Of a DNA stretch of 61,707 bases, positions 10,057 through 24,063 are shown one piece after another (the first letter of the stretch is position 1; every line of letters begins with the position of its first letter). This DNA comes from Basidiobolus meristosporus CBS 931.73. Taxonomy: Eukaryota > Fungi > Basidiobolomycota. The stretch lies in NCBI GenBank assembly GCA_002104905.1, contig MCFE01000529.1, forward strand, positions 1 through 61,707, in the 5' to 3' direction. The notes beneath the pieces were generated by a model that saw only the letters and a program-made list of their open reading frames with translations, did not search any database and had not been told where the DNA came from. The translations under genes and the position numbers were made by a program.

Positions 10057-13000
10057 GATGGATATTAATGGTGGTTGATCAGGGCCTGTGATATATATAA
10101 TGTATATCCATCCCGAGTTCCGTCATCACCGTTCTGCATAAATTTTGAAATGGTGGTTTCAGTGGTCAGCCGATCAGCAAATTTTGTTCGACTGTTTCCG
10201 CAATAAAGCGGAGAAAATGGACAATCTAGAATCTCTCATTGCTCATAATGTCGGGGATATCGCCGAGCAGTGATTGGCCAAGTATCGATGTACACCAGCA
10301 ACGTGCAGTCACCATGCGAAAACCGATACTAGCACCGTAGAGAAACGAGATGTCAGTCCGAAGCATCAGCCACTAGGAGTCACTCTATGTGGCTAGCTAT
10401 GCTCACTAGTGCTGCAACGATCACGTGTATTTATGCTGATTGTAGTCTCACCATTCCAAAACATGCATATTTTTACATCCCGCTAACTAGAGTGCAGGAC
10501 TCCGTGGTGGTCTCACGCAAGCCAATCGAGGCCTAATGTCGGTGATAAATCAGGCCTTTCGTGACTTGACTTTGTTGATGGTGTACATTTCCTGATTGCG
10601 TAAGCACAATCCAGCACTGCCATTGGAGCATACGTGGGTCAGATTGCGGTTATCAAATTCGCAAAATCGAATCCGATGAAATGACATTTCAACAGTGTAA
10701 TGACGTGCCAAAGCCACAATTGCCATTGCCAGATAAAGCTAATAGCCATGAAATCCGAAGCTGAGAGTGGAATCAAGTATGCTGTAGAAACGGATGGACT
10801 GGGTGGACATAATGTAGAATACAGGAATATCTGGAGAGGGTGGGGTGATTGGACTTTACAATAACTAGTCCGGTTACAACGTGTGGCTAATTGGTGCTGT
10901 TCCTTTCGACCAAGAAACACCGTTCTTAGCATGCAATGTGATTAGAGATACCTGGGATAGCGGAGATACCAGGAAACGTCGGCCTGAGAGATGGGTTGGA
11001 ATCTGCAGTGGTGTGTTAAAAGATAAACTTTTGCACGAGCATGAAGGGAGCATCTACATTGGATAAATGGGAGGAATACTCTTCAGCATTAAGAGACTCC
11101 AGACACCCTATGCTAAGCTTGGTTGTGGCAAGGCCTCATATGTGCGACAGTGACTACGTGCCAGTCTGTCCAGCCCATTGGATCTGGACAGACATATAGC
11201 ATGACCGCTCATGAACTTGCATGAGTGCGAGACAGCAGGAGGGTATTCGCAACCTTATAGATCTATGGGGGACTGCATTCGTGCACCTTTTATTATGATC
11301 GGAGAGGGCCTCTCGGCGATCCATCTCCCCGACTCTTGCATACAAGGCAGTACAGGACTTGTACATAGATACATGGATCCATGTACTCGTAAATAGGTTT
11401 ATACGCCAATGCACAGATTGATAGGAATCGTCCTATCAGCTATCATGCTCAGCTGTTTGGTTGTTTGGGCACTCCTGTGTTTCCTTAATTGCAAACAAAG
11501 TTATCGGCGGTTGCTGATTTGTTGACCCCATATTTGAGTGACCCTATTGTGCAGTTCATTTCAACACAGCGATATTTTCTGATGGCCATCCATCTGTCTC
11601 GGTTTCCAATTCCTAGACGAATCCACCGTAGCTGGCCAGAGAGACTACCGACGTCCATTTCATCTGGAGATGCGCGATTTGTGAGCATATACGAACCAGG
11701 AAAATGCTGAGCCCATGCGAGTCCATAGGATCCACTATAGGAGGTTCCGGCCCAGCTTCAACACTCCAATCCCTCACGATACCAGAGTCTGCAAATGCCC
11801 GGCCTCGCCTATCATGTGCTCGCGAGTGGCCGCCCTTCTGTTCTAATAACCATAGAATGACTAGTGACAAACCACTCGATAGAATCTAATCTAAGATTTC
11901 TCTACTATTAAGCATTCTGAGAAGAGTAGCGTTGTGCGGGTATTCTCCCACAGGCCTCATCGCGATCGATCCGGAAGGTTAGGCAAGAGAAACTCTGGCT
12001 GTCTTCGACGTTTGCTCATGGCTGTGCTAGGTGCAGTGTTATCCATACCACTCCCAGAGTCGGTGTATTGCAATGCATAGAAATGTGCCGGCAAATGCAA
12101 GGCTCGGCCAGACCAATGGAACATCGATGTATCTCATACTTTTGCGGCCTGATTGATTGATGCCGATCTGCACGATGTTCTTGATAGGGTTTCCAAGTCC
12201 ACGGATGACGAGGCATGCTCTTCAAGGACCAAGGTTATTTAGGCTTGATAGCGACACCGAGTGCTAATTTAGTGTTAGGCCACTGGACAATTAAGCCTAT
12301 AGTGGTATTGCCGATGCATGTGACTCGGCGTTATCTATTATCGATAGGGAGTTTTCCGTGGGGGCACAGAAACGGATACAGGTTCCATGCAGTTACATAG
12401 ATAGCCTTAGGATGCACAATACTTTCGATCGCCTGTTTCATGTGGATTTTCATCAGCGTGGAAAATATCGATGGGCATTCAAGTTGGCTGGCTGCAGCAA
12501 CATTGGTTTGAGACGTGTTGCTACATTGGCTTATGAATCGCCTATGGCCACCGACTACCAGAGCAGAAGAGGGTCCAATGGGATCGCAAAGGCTCGATAA
12601 ACTCTAAATTCCTGATCATAGTGCATGTCTCTTGAATCCGTGATTCCCCTAAATGCTTAGCATCAAAACAGAGCAATCAGTTTCATTTGCAAAACCAGAT
12701 TCCATTTAATTTTCTGCGGTTGATCAATTTAAGGTTTATTATGATGCATCTCCCATAACAGCGTGCCATAATGTAACAAAATGGGATTATTTCATATGAA
12801 AGCTGTTGATCTTGTAAGGATAGCTCGCCAAATACCTTGGTCCGAGTAGACGAGGCGATGCTCCTGTTGCGCGGCCACGGGGCGCTATCTCCGTCCAGAG
12901 ACGACGAGTGGCCAAGCCAGCCCGTGTCCCAAGTATCGCGCTCCCGCCATGCTGCACACAGCTTCCAAGGCCGCGCACTCAGCTAGTAGCCACCCAACGA

Positions 13001-13631
13001 CTGTTGGGCAAGCGATCCTGGACAGATCATTGGCATGGCGTCAGTGGGATTGTTCGTGTTAGAAAGGCAGCCAAGATCATTGGATCCTGGAACAAAAGCA
13101 CAGCCAGCTGTGATCACTGAATCCTGAGGATTCAGCATTGCTACCAATGATAAAAATAGGAAACAGGGGGCAACATGGGTTTTTGTTAAGCTCATGTAAT
13201 GGATTTGACACATTTTCTCCCCAAAGGAGAAGGTACTCATTTTCATTGAAATGCCCCCGACCAATCGACGTCGTGGAGGGTCGGGGATCCTGTGGTTTCA
13301 TCCTCAGTTTATATAGCGTCGATCGAGCAGTTCAGGCCTACATCTTGTTTTTACAGTTCCACAGCGCACATCGCCATCTGCCTCTGCATCACTAATTTCT
13401 TCACTTGTACATTAAAAGTAAAGGGCTTTTCCATCTGCCTTGCACCATTTCTTGATTAGCCAAGCCCGCACACTTGCATTTTTGGTCGAGTAGATTTTGT
13501 TTGATTCTTGGATATTCCCTGCGACACGCCAATTCTATCCTCCCATATCCTATCTCACCCTCCATCGGCACCCATCACCAAAAACACCCTGCAATTGCTG
13601 GGATAGTCTTAGTACATAGCTAGCCCCCACC

Positions 13632-14540
13632 ATGGAAACATACTACGGTTATGTCGACTCAGTGCAAGACGCCCTGCTGGTGCTGGAAGCATGCAGACTG
13701 GGTCTTCTTCACCGGGTTCAACGGCGACTCAGTGAGAAGGAAAGACAGCGAATCCGCTCTGGATCAATCTTTGTGTGGGAAGAGGAAGAGTCGGGGATGC
13801 GCAGATGGACAGACGGTCGAACATGGTCTCCATCGCGGGTACATGGCAGCTTCCTGACCTACCGTGAGTTGGAGGGGAAGCGCAAGGCAGCCAAGATCAG
13901 CGATACTCCGTCTCCCACGCTGCCAAGCCAGGATTCCGATGGCGAGGCCAGGGCACAGAACAATGGGGATGACTTCAATTACAAGGATGACGGGATGATC
14001 AAGCAATCGTTGTCAGTCACCACATGCAATGGGCGTAAGCTGCACTTGATTAGCTACTTCAACAAGGCTCATGCGACGATGGGCAACCTGAAACTTCCTT
14101 CACTAGACCCTTTCCTCAGCCACGTAGTTATTCCAAAAGGGCTATATCCCGACATATCGAATGAATCGAGTGGCACACCTGCCCCGTCCTACCCTCACCA
14201 CGGAGCAGCAGGGCCGACGCCCAGCCCTCTGTATTACCCGCATGGAAGCTTCATGGAAGAGCTGAAGTCCGATTTTTTCTCAACAGCGCCCTGTCGAAAG
14301 TTGCGGGAGCACGTTCGGCTACCCAGCCCCGTTAGCTCTGAAACCTCCATGAATGGCCAGGAGGTGTTCAAGGCCAAGATGACTGCCGAGTCAACGCTGA
14401 TTCCAAACGACCATCGCAGTACGTGGAAATACAATCTGCCCCCGCCAACCATCCCTTTCCAAGACATTCGATTGGACACGCTGCCCAACACCGAAGATCG
14501 ACGACAGCTGGCAGTGTTAAGAACCGTATTGACCTTATGA
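13632..14540 (+). CDS. pac2: Gti1/Pac2 (WOPR) family transcription factor, Pac2-like subclade (302 aa)
   Basis: METYYGYV...DALLVLEACRLGLL.RVQRRLSEKERQ.IRSGSIFVWEEEESGMRRWTDGRTWSPSRV.GSFLTYRE is WOPRa. DGMIKQSLSVTT...KLHLISY is WOPRb. Confidence 0.93.
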   Translation: METYYGYVDSVQDALLVLEACRLGLLHRVQRRLSEKERQRIRSGSIFVWEEEESGMRRWTDGRTWSPSRVHGSFLTYRELEGKRKAAKISDTPSPTLPSQDSDGEARAQNNGDDFNYKDDGMIKQSLSVTTCNGRKLHLISYFNKAHATMGNLKLPSLDPFLSHVVIPKGLYPDISNESSGTPAPSYPHHGAAGPTPSPLYYPHGSFMEELKSDFFSTAPCRKLREHVRLPSPVSSETSMNGQEVFKAKMTAESTLIPNDHRSTWKYNLPPPTIPFQDIRLDTLPNTEDRRQLAVLRTVLTL

Positions 14541-16335
14541 GTCACTGCAGCAAAAACCCTTACATCATTTAAGAAACTATCCACTAAAAAGCCCCCGGCC
14601 AGACGAACCCCTCTCCCTACCGCCGCGACCACTCTATAATGGGGTAACGATTGATTTTCCTATGATCCGTAGTCCCCCACTGGTGATCCAAATGGTCAAT
14701 ATTCCTCCGGATGTCTCTCCACCCTTATCCCTCTTAAAATTTCTGATACATATCTCGCCCTTTTTCATATTCGCGAGAGAAAATGGGCTCGAAATTCGCT
14801 ATTCTATTTGCAAAAAAATAAACCTAGACCAATTGTGAGACCACTATCCAACCGCCGTGGTAGGCACCCACCTGAGAACTTTCTTGGCGATGCCACCGAG
14901 CCCACAAGCGATGAGTGTTACTTGAGTACCAGTCCCAGGGATGTGGGCGTGGGCGTGGGCGTGCAAGGACAAGGTGGCATGCATTTTCACCGATATGCTC
15001 AGGGCTGTATCCTGAAATGTAGTCTAGACTGAGGGCTGTGCTGCCTGCTTCGTCTGAAAATGGCCATTCATGGAGCCTCCCAGACCATCACGAATGCGTG
15101 CGTTAGATTACAAGAGCAAGCAGAACGGATTCACATGATATCCAAGTATGACAACCCGGCACCATTGTTGTCATCAGCTGTTCCTTAGCAAAACCGACCC
15201 TACGAACCATGCCTTGTGTAATGAGCCCGTGTATAAATGGTCAATCGTACACATGTCTTGCTAGTCGATAACGAACCCGATGCGCCTGCGTCACTACCGT
15301 GGTCGATATGGGAATCTGAGCACGAGCTTGTGTAAACCGGTTAGAATCTCCGGGGAAGGGGGTGTTGGTATCACGAACAGGCAACGGTTCTGTGGCATGT
15401 TTTCGGATTGAAAGCTGAACAAAAACTCCCGTTTCAAATCCTCCCCAAGGGCCTGGTAGTGCGTGGAGGCTGGCTATTCCTCTGCCTCTGGATGAAATCG
15501 AATGGCAATTCCATTGGCCCTTCTGTACTTGGATTACCCCAATAGCTCAATATTGTTGGCCAGGATCCTGCGCTCTTTGGGCTCTTGAGATGATGTGAAG
15601 TAGCGAGGAAGCTCTAGTCGAGCAACGGCTAAGCAGAAACCCCTCGGACATGAATCAGAAGAGACAGTTAGTTTGGCCACAAGGTTAGGTTAATCAAAAG
15701 TTGGTTTACAATTGTGTTTACCCGTGCAATCCCCGAGTCACGTGGGGGATGGTCGATGTTGTCGATGAATCACAATGGTGGGAGCAATAGTGCATGCATC
15801 GCTCGATTGACAGCCGAAAAGTATACAAGCCCGACATCAAGCTGTAATGGCCAAGTATGGCCTTCCTGGTGGTGCAGAGTAAGTAGAATACTTGGGACCC
15901 CACGTTAGATTACAGGAGCATATTGTCCACTTTTTTCCCAAAGCTCCAGCTAGTGTATAGCTGGTTTGATCCGGGGAACATGCAAGAACTGTAAAGAAAA
16001 TATGTGCGGGTTGGCATGTAGCCATAAGGATATGACACTAGCTCGATCTTGGCTAACAGAATGGATGTACATTCAATGTATCACCACATCAGTGCATCCA
16101 CCAGCCAAGAAAAATGACCAAGTAATCCCGAAAATGGCCATGGCGATCATGAAGTCGCACAGCATGGGTCGAGATGTGGCCAACGTTGCCCACTCTTTAC
16201 AACAAACCCCTACGTTTTCTTCGTTCCGCCCCTTCTTCCTCCCCACAACTGACATCGAGATTGCCTCCAAGCTGGCCAATAATTTATTGAGATTCTAAAA
16301 CAAGACTCTTGAGCAGTGTCCGGCCGATCTGGACC

Positions 16336-18984
16336 TTAGAATTTGGTACCCTTCTTCTTCTTCTTGGGCTTGCTCTTGGGCTTGGCAGTCTGAGGAGCAG
16401 GTGCCGGTGCTGCAACTGGTGTGGCGGTGGTACTACTTCTAGAAATAACAAAAAATCAATTCCGCATTAACAGCGTGCTACAGGGCGCGAGGTGCAATGA
16501 GCACTTACGTTTTAGGGGCACCGTGGATGTTGGCACTGCCAGTTCCACCTAAACCGCCACCAGCGACCGCTGATCCTTGCGAGGCACCCTTGAGATTTCT
16601 TTTCTTTCCCTTGGGTCTGTAGGCAGCTCTCTCACGCTTAGGCAACCATCTCTCAGGGTCAGGTGTGGCACTGGGGTCATAGTTTTTGGGAAGGAGGGGC
16701 TTGCGCTTACGCTTCTTCAATTTCTTCTCCTCACTGTTGGCTGCTCTGTAGGGGAAGAGTGGTTAGCTCGATGGAAAACTGGGAATCAAACGGATCAATC
16801 TCTACTTCTTAGAGTCGGACTTGGGCAGCTTCTTGACGTAGGATTTCTTGACTCCAGGTACAACAGTTTCCAGCTGATCCGAGTCGATGTTACCAGTAAG
16901 CCCGCCCATAGGAGGAAGGGATGACTCGTATTTTTCGGCCAAGGATGGCTTGCATTCAGCGTAGGACATGATCAAACCGGCGATGGCCTGATAGTCCGAT
17001 GGATCGGCTTTGACGAGTTTTTCGAAATCTAGAGCGGCGTCCTCGGCACGGTTCGACTTCAGCTTGAAGTTGGCAGTCTGCTTGATGATGGCAGCAGGGG
17101 GATGATGCTAAGAGCATGGTGTTAACCGACGAGAAACTCATTGGTGTGTTACTTCGTAATTACCTCGTCACTGACTGACTGCCAGAATTCGCAGGCATCG
17201 TTGAGAACCTCAGCGGCCTTTTCACCTTGGCCAGATTGCTCTAGCAACCACACTTTGAGTCCCACCAAGCCTGGTCTGTACTTCAAAGCATCGTCCTTCA
17301 CCGAACCGGTGTAGGATTCCAATGAGCTCAAGGCTTCAGAGAAGTTAGCCTGCAAGACATGGAGCTGGATGATGGCGAATTGAACAGCCAGAGTTGAGCT
17401 TTGCTCTGCTTGAGCCTACAATACGAAAGAGCGATGAGTGACACTCTGCTGCATGAACAGCTATCCAATAATCACCTGTAGCTCCTCCAAAGATTTGCTG
17501 ATGTTCTTCTGCGCTAGGTAATTGGAGGCGTTGATCAGATGAGGAATATCGCTCTCGGGATAAGTCGCGATGAGTTTCTTCACGGTCTCACGGCAAGCCC
17601 CGTACTAGGGATGGATAAGGGATAAGCGACAGTCGTGTGCTGAGGTCAGTCGGAGCCCACCGTTACCTTGTTCATGTATAGCATTAACAAGGCATTGTTA
17701 ATGGCAATGATTCTGCGTTGAGACTTGAAGAGCTTCGGCTGGATGTTATCTGCAGTAGCGGTGCGTAGCTTCTTGACGCTTTCAAATAGGTCATCCTTCT
17801 TCTTGAGTGCGACCAGGTTGTTGGCGGAGATTCCGATCACGGTGGCATCAGCATTCCTATGAACAGGCCCAGTTGGTTAGAGATTCTTCCGGTTGGAGCC
17901 GTAAGTGGGGGGAATTACTTGGTCTTCAAGACTGAAGAATACATCTCGGTGGCTTGTTGTATTTTCCCTTGCATCTGGTAAACGTAAGCAAGCTGAATGA
18001 CAATCGAGGACAGTTCCTGCTCGATCTCTTCCTCGGTGTAGTCTTCCTTGGCAAGAGAAATGCGGCACATGCCTAAACCACGGGATTAGTTTGAACCCTT
18101 GGGGACGCTTCAATCGAAGGAACTTACTGCGAGCAGTTTCCAACAGAGCTTCGGCCTTCTTGAGGTCACCTTTGGCAACCCAGACGCAGGCGGAGTTGAA
18201 AGCAAGCTCATAAGTCTGGCAAGGATCGGTGATGGCATACTAAACAAACAGATGAGCGCCAGTGAACCGGGTGAATGAGCTTCATTTCCCCTTACCTTGG
18301 TGTCCAACTTCATTCCAGACATCAAGATAGCGCCTTTGACTGCGTTGTAGTTGGTCAAAATATCAAGGTATTCTTCTTGTTGCTAAGACCCAAAATAGGA
18401 TCGAGTTAGCAAGCGTATGTAGTTCACAAAACAAACCTCATCTACGAACCTCATCGACTTGCTGCAAAAGATCATGATAGATCTCAATACAGGTAGTGTA
18501 CTCCTCCATTCTGTAAGTCTGTAAGCCCAGGTTAATCCGAGTCAAGTCAAAGTACCAATGTTGCAGGGCGTTACGATTTGTGCTTCAAGATGTTTGAGGG
18601 AGAGCTCTTGAGTCTGGGACTCCTTCAATGCTTGTCGGACAAGCTTCAAAGCCTCCTCCAGTTGGTGATCCCTATACAAGCAGTAGGCCCTTTCGAAGAC
18701 GAGCGCCTTGATTTCGGCATTTTTAGTGGTCTCGAAGATCTGGAGCGCCTCCTTGTAATGTTCCAGTCGAATCAAAGTGACGATCTTGACGTGGAGCGCA
18801 TCGCGGTCCTCCGGGTTGAGCTTTAGAACTGGGGCAAGGTAGGTTAGACTGGGCTTCGGATGAAAAGGTGGTTGAGGACAGGCTTACTTTTGTTGCAAAC
18901 TTTGGTGGCTTTTTCGTATTCCACGAGGTTGAGAAGCCTCTGGAGCTCGCTGAAGAGCAGGGTGATGCTGGCGTGGTCTGGCAT
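16336..18984 (-). CDS. SRP72: Signal recognition particle subunit SRP72, 12 exons, 661 aa
   Basis: Manually spliced exons: 18984-18888, 18828-18575, 18518-18450, 18382-18296, 18239-18128, 18072-17919, 17856-17667, 17604-17476, 17415-17164, 17107-16806, 16745-16509, 16438-16336. Total 1986 nt, all GT-AG, phases consistent. Motifs: LFSELQRLL..EYEKA, EAQITYRMEEY, TYELAFNSAC, QLAYVYQMQG, ANNLVAL, RNA-binding KKRKRKPLLPKNYDP...PDPERWLPKRER, and a Lys-rich tail. Confidence 0.95.
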
Positions 18985-19479
18985 GTAGGGAAGGAAAGAA
19001 ACCGGAAGCCTCGCTGGAAGAAATGGAAAGTTTTTTAATGACGACTCTCGGGAATCCTGACCTTTCGATTACCACTAAATCACTCGGCTCCAACGCATCT
19101 CAATTTAATCAACATTCCTCTTTCTCATCCAATCTCTGGCCTGACCCCGAACAATCCCAGTCGTGGTTGGTTTCCCACAATTCCTACACCGATTCCACAC
19201 GAAAAAAACGGGGTTGTTCACTCGATCGATGCTGATTGGTCTAGATGTCCATCGCATTTGTCCCGCTGTGCAATTGCTTTAGGGAATCCCTGTGGTAGAG
19301 TGGTGCCTACATCTAGCTCAATGATGCATACTTTGCTAAAAAGGCGGGTATTGGCTGGGGCTTACTTGCGGTTGTAACAGCCTGAAAATTATCAGCACAC
19401 CGTGTCAAGGGGAAACAAGCATTGTCCAAAAGACAACTTCGTTGAATATGCCTACCCTCATATGTACATCAGCTGGATC

Positions 19480-19850
19480 ATTTTTATATCCAATTCCATG
19501 ATCATTACTGCTTGCTAACCCAACTCTCTGTTGAGATTTGCTAGGTATATACTGCACTAAAATATCAGGTCCCCAGAAAATGATGCTTCTTGGTGCTGTC
19601 CAAAAGAACCAGAGCCTTGCACATATACTTTGTAAATCTTGTGATTACACCTAAATTTTCCACAGTAGCTTATGAATCTTGGAATATCATGCCCTAGTTC
19701 TCTGCAGAATCTACACAAAGGACCTCATTGGAGTATCAGGCACCATAAACATGCAAATTCTCAAATTCACCCAAAGATCCCCAGACTCTGCACACCTTTA
19801 CCTGGTATCTTATCAAGCATACTGCACATTTTGTCCTGTTAGTACTTTGC
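19480..19850 (-). pseudogene. Highly decayed copia integrase fragment
   Basis: Broken frame ...AEN*GMIFQDS*ATVENLGVITRFTKYMCKALVLLDSTKKHHFLGT*YFSAVY resembles the copia pattern GI..Q.S.PYTPQQNGVAER.NRT...AR.ML.......FW..A...AVY. CpG-poor. Confidence 0.5.
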
Positions 19851-20030
19851 AAAGTATAGATACTACTCTCATACTCAATATGTTGCCAAATGATAGCCAC
19901 ACAATCTACTTATTCTCTCAAATACTCTCAAAATCTTCAAAAGTTATTTTTCTGAGGGCTGTTCAAATGATATGTAGCCTTGAACAAATATAGAGGAACC
20001 TCTCTTCATAAGCTCAATATGCTGTGTAGG

Positions 20031-20603
20031 TGTTGTAAAAATTTGATACTCCACCTAAATATGCACCTAACTTGGTCACTTAGATCATTACCTACAAATC
20101 TTAAAGAATAACTGAGCAAACTCCTTATTTGGATTGACATAGAATATTTTCACCAAAACATCTTATACCCATAACATGAAAATTGGATAAGTTATCCAAA
20201 CAGCCCCAAACATTGCACACTTGTTCTTGGGTCCTTCCTAAGTATATTCTACATGTAAAAGTATAAATACTTCTTTTACATGCAATGAATCATTAAGTGA
20301 ACACTACATAATATACTGGTCCTCCCAATCAATTCAAATATTGCCAAGACTCTTACAATAGGAAATGAGCTCCAAGCCATCATTCTCTGCAATGTCTACC
20401 ACTACTATTACTGAAGTTTTTCCCTTTGCCAAAAAGTTGGATGGATCAAACTAGCAAGTGTGGACAATGAAGATGAAGATGCTGTTACAAGAAAGAGGCT
20501 CTTGGGATATCTCATGCAAGAAGTATGCCCCCTAAAAACATGGAAGAGGAAGCCTTAAAGTGCCAGAAGAAGGAATAAAGTGCCTTTAACTGCATTTGCC
20601 TCA
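20031..20603 (+). mobile_element. Old copia relic: 5' LTR (20031-20360), degenerate PBS and gag start; cut by a CMC terminus
   Basis: TGTTGTAAAA...TCTTACAATA, then GGAAATGAGCTCC, then ATG-STTTITEVFPFAKKLDGSN...KMKMLLQERG, homologous to the young copia. Confidence 0.88.
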
Positions 20604-20859
20604 CCCTATGAATAATAATTTGATACTGTGGATGGATCTAATCCAGATTGGCTGTCAGGATCCTTCAATGAGTATGTCACAATGCCAGCAGCTTGGAACT
20701 ATTGACCCTCCACATAATCTCATAATGGGACCCTATGAAAAAAAATTTGGCCTGCAGGTGGATCCAATCCAGATCAGCCATTGGGATTCTGTTTAGAGAC
20801 CATCATAATAACAGCAGCTTGGAATTAGTGACCCTCCTAACAATCTTATGACAGGATCA

Positions 20860-23554
20860 TGATGGTGTTTTGCTAATTTTACAAACAAATAATGGGATAA
20901 AACTTATCAATATTTCATAGGTGCTGTGACAATATTTGTGTGGTATTGTTGCAATCTTTTGACGCTCTATGAATATTTTAAGTGTATCCAATTGGCCAGG
21001 ACAGCCAATTGCCTTATATGGCAAGAAACCTGATATTATTTTGACGGCCTCATTGCAAGACTCTGATGGCATTATAATGGCAGTATGATGGTCTACCGCT
21101 GATTCTGTATAATGCTACCATACCAATTTACCAAGTGGTATTTCTTTTCTCTACCTCCCTTTGTGCAATTCATGTATTGCACTGTAGAATCACCCCTCTC
21201 TATTTGCTTACTCACTACTACCTTGGGTCTTACACATATAGTTTGAATTGAAAAAAACTATGGCCTCTTGCTTACTAACCTCTACAAATATGCACACCTG
21301 CCACAATTGACATACCTCTAAAACTTCAACTTTAGAGCTTTTTAGTGTGATACTTGCAAAGTTGCCATATACCTTGTACTACTGGTAACATATTCATCTT
21401 GCAAACATATGCTTGGTTGTTGCCACTTCTGCCATGAATACCTCCTGAATATCCGCAAAGAACTTCCTGGTGTTTAGCCAATATATTCCTTTCCCTGCTG
21501 GATTCTTGTCCCCTTTATAGGTACACTCTGGCTTTTGTTTGTCAGAATTCTGTATTGAATGGTGTAGGAGTTGGCTTGTGACCAAGAGGAATCCAGCATA
21601 CCTTGGTAGAGTTTTCCTGATAAAAATTAGTTGCTTGTTGCACCCAACCCAACTTTGCATTACTTAGCCAATTACCCACACATTGGGGTTGCTTAGCTTT
21701 GTAATGCCATAGGCATAGGTGTCTTCATGTGCACATTTGTCCTCAGTATTTTCCAACTCTTCCTGGCTGTCCTCCATGTGCCAACTCATCACATCCATGA
21801 TGGACTTGAAGGTGATATTCTTGATGAGATTGGGATATGGTAGTACCTGCACACTGTGCAAGATGGAGTAGAGAATGGATACAGTAGTGGCAGAGATCTA
21901 TGCATTCAGCTTTATGTTTGTAGTGTAGCTGCTCAAATCCCATAACAAACTCTTCACACAACAGCTGTAGATGCATGAAGTTGGCATTGGTGATCTGCTT
22001 CTGGATAAATATTCCTACAATGTCCACATATGACTCCCAATGCTTCTAATATACTCTTGGTAGGAATGGCTTCAGAATGCCACTTGACTAAATACATATC
22101 CAGTTCATCCAGTCTTTGCATTTGTATTGTTGCATATGCATACAAATATTAATTGGAGCCTGTGAGAAGTACTTAGGGTAGTGGATACTCTGTAATATCT
22201 TACCAATTCTTTCAAATTTCTCCAGTATCTCAAAGGGCTCATTTAGCTTGAAATGCCCTATGTACAACTTGGTCATTAGTATAGGGATATTGTTGAAAAG
22301 CAAATGCATTGCTCCCAGTTGAAAGCTTTTGCTCCAACAGATACCCTGTATCTTAAGTATCTCCAGTTCCCAATTGATTCCATATTCTGGCCAATGGCTT
22401 ATAGCTTGCCAACTTTACTGCAATTGCATGCTGACTTCTGTCTGTTCTCTGTTGTTGATTTAGGCCCCAATACCAGTGAGACTACCATCAGATTATTGCT
22501 CTGATACTGTAAGATGGGCAGCAGATTCAGATTGATGAGAATCAGTGGCCAGCAGGATTTGCTAGTAAAGTACTTGTTTAATGAGAATCCATCAAGTGCT
22601 AAAGCAAAGATATGGTCATACATACCTTCAATGTAGCCCTTGGTTCTTAGCTGTTTGTAATGTTTGCCATTAAATATAGTGGATATGTTTGTGCTTGATT
22701 GATACTGAGTGCGGTACTGCATAGCCTTTCAATATTTGTTGGACTGCTTCAGCTTCCTCAGATGGGTTTTGACTGGAATATATCCAGAGTGTGAACAATG
22801 TTTTCCCTCAATGGTGGTGGATTCCTGACAATTTGGACATGTTGCAATGGTAACATTTTTGGATGCAAATGCCATGCAACTGTTAACACATGCTGGAATC
22901 AGGACAGTATCTAGATCATATGCTGCCAGCCACATGACAGTTGTCTACTTCACCATGTACATGGTAAGTTGCATCCTGGTATGATTTTGGCATGAAGTAG
23001 TAATAAGTCCTCAAAGCCCCTTTACTGATATTAGTGCAAATGCGCCACTTCTCTAGCCACAACATTACATCATTCACCAGTAGATGGATTACTGGGCTCA
23101 CTTGGCTCCATAAAGTATCCCTAGCATTTGTTTCAGTCGGTGTTGTCTCATTGCATATAGGAATTTGACTGGGCTCATACATGGTACTGTTTTTAGGGGA
23201 GATAGGCTCAAAATCCATCAGTGAACCTACTTTGTCAGAGCTATCACTCTGTATACCATATTCAGAAGGCCAAGGCAAGCCTAAAGCTGTCACAAACTCT
23301 CCTGACTCAGTTTGCGCAAGGTGACAAAGACAGCCAGGTGCCAATATAGAAGTATCACCTGGCTGGCAAGACAATGTTGGTACAGTAGTGACCAATGCAT
23401 GGTCAAATATGACTTGGGTGGCAAAACACTTGATGTGATCTTTGTAATACTTCCTATGCTGTCTGTGTGCTTCATGGCTGAGAGGCTTGCCACAATAGTC
23501 ACATGGTCTTTTTTCTCTTCTCTTACGGTGTTGAGTCAAAGTAGTCTTGTCCAT
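20860..23554 (-). pseudogene. Transposase family Tnp2 (Transposase_21)-like plus DUF4218-like region, frameshifted
   Basis: N-terminal CDYCGKPLSH; CPNCQE; ALALDGFSLNKY..KSCWPLILINLNL; GPK; TGD (clearest in copy 52200); YKCKDWMNW; FEQLHY...HSLLHLAQC; SW.MED. The candidate D-D-E triad is LDG / GD / ME. Confidence 0.8.
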
Positions 23555-24063
23555 GGGGCAAACAGTTTGACCTTCAATAATGTAATGCTATTATATCACT
23601 TTTTGGTCAATATTCATGTGAACTTAAGACAGTCTTGTATTTGAGACATTGCACCTACATGAATGTAAGATTCAATGATGACCTGCCATAGAAAGCATTA
23701 TAAATAAAGCTGTGGCACCACATACACATGTATATGTATCACTATTTCCCCTTTGGTTTGACTCACTTCCATATATATGCCGCCAAAAAATAAAGCAAGT
23801 TGTCTGGTTCCCAACCAAACCCTACAGCTGACAGCAACAGAAGAACAGTTGGACAACAGCTTGCTTTGACATTCAGTGCAACAAGCAGGGCTACATCCAA
23901 AAAAGGCCCTGTGGACAGTGTGCTCATTGAAGGCAATAATGCAGACTCCTCAGGCTCTCAGTCAAGTAGGCAATTGAGAACCTTGGCAGAGCCACAAGCT
24001 GACCATTATGCTTAGGCATATGAGAATGTAGCAAATACAGTACCCTCAGTTGAAGACCAGCAA

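Noticed and set aside
14234-14632. 132-aa minus-strand ORF
   Set aside because: Antisense to the Pac2-like CDS.
14944-14962. (GGGCGT)3 short repeat
   Set aside because: Too short and has no supporting context.
16746-16805. Unusual SRP72 donor GTAGAG
   Set aside because: Still GT-AG, with a good branch point (GCTAAC) and the correct phase. Not remarkable.
18884-19093. Track ORF as the SRP72 start
   Set aside because: Wrong frame. The ATG at 18984 gives the conserved N-terminus and a phase-consistent intron 1.
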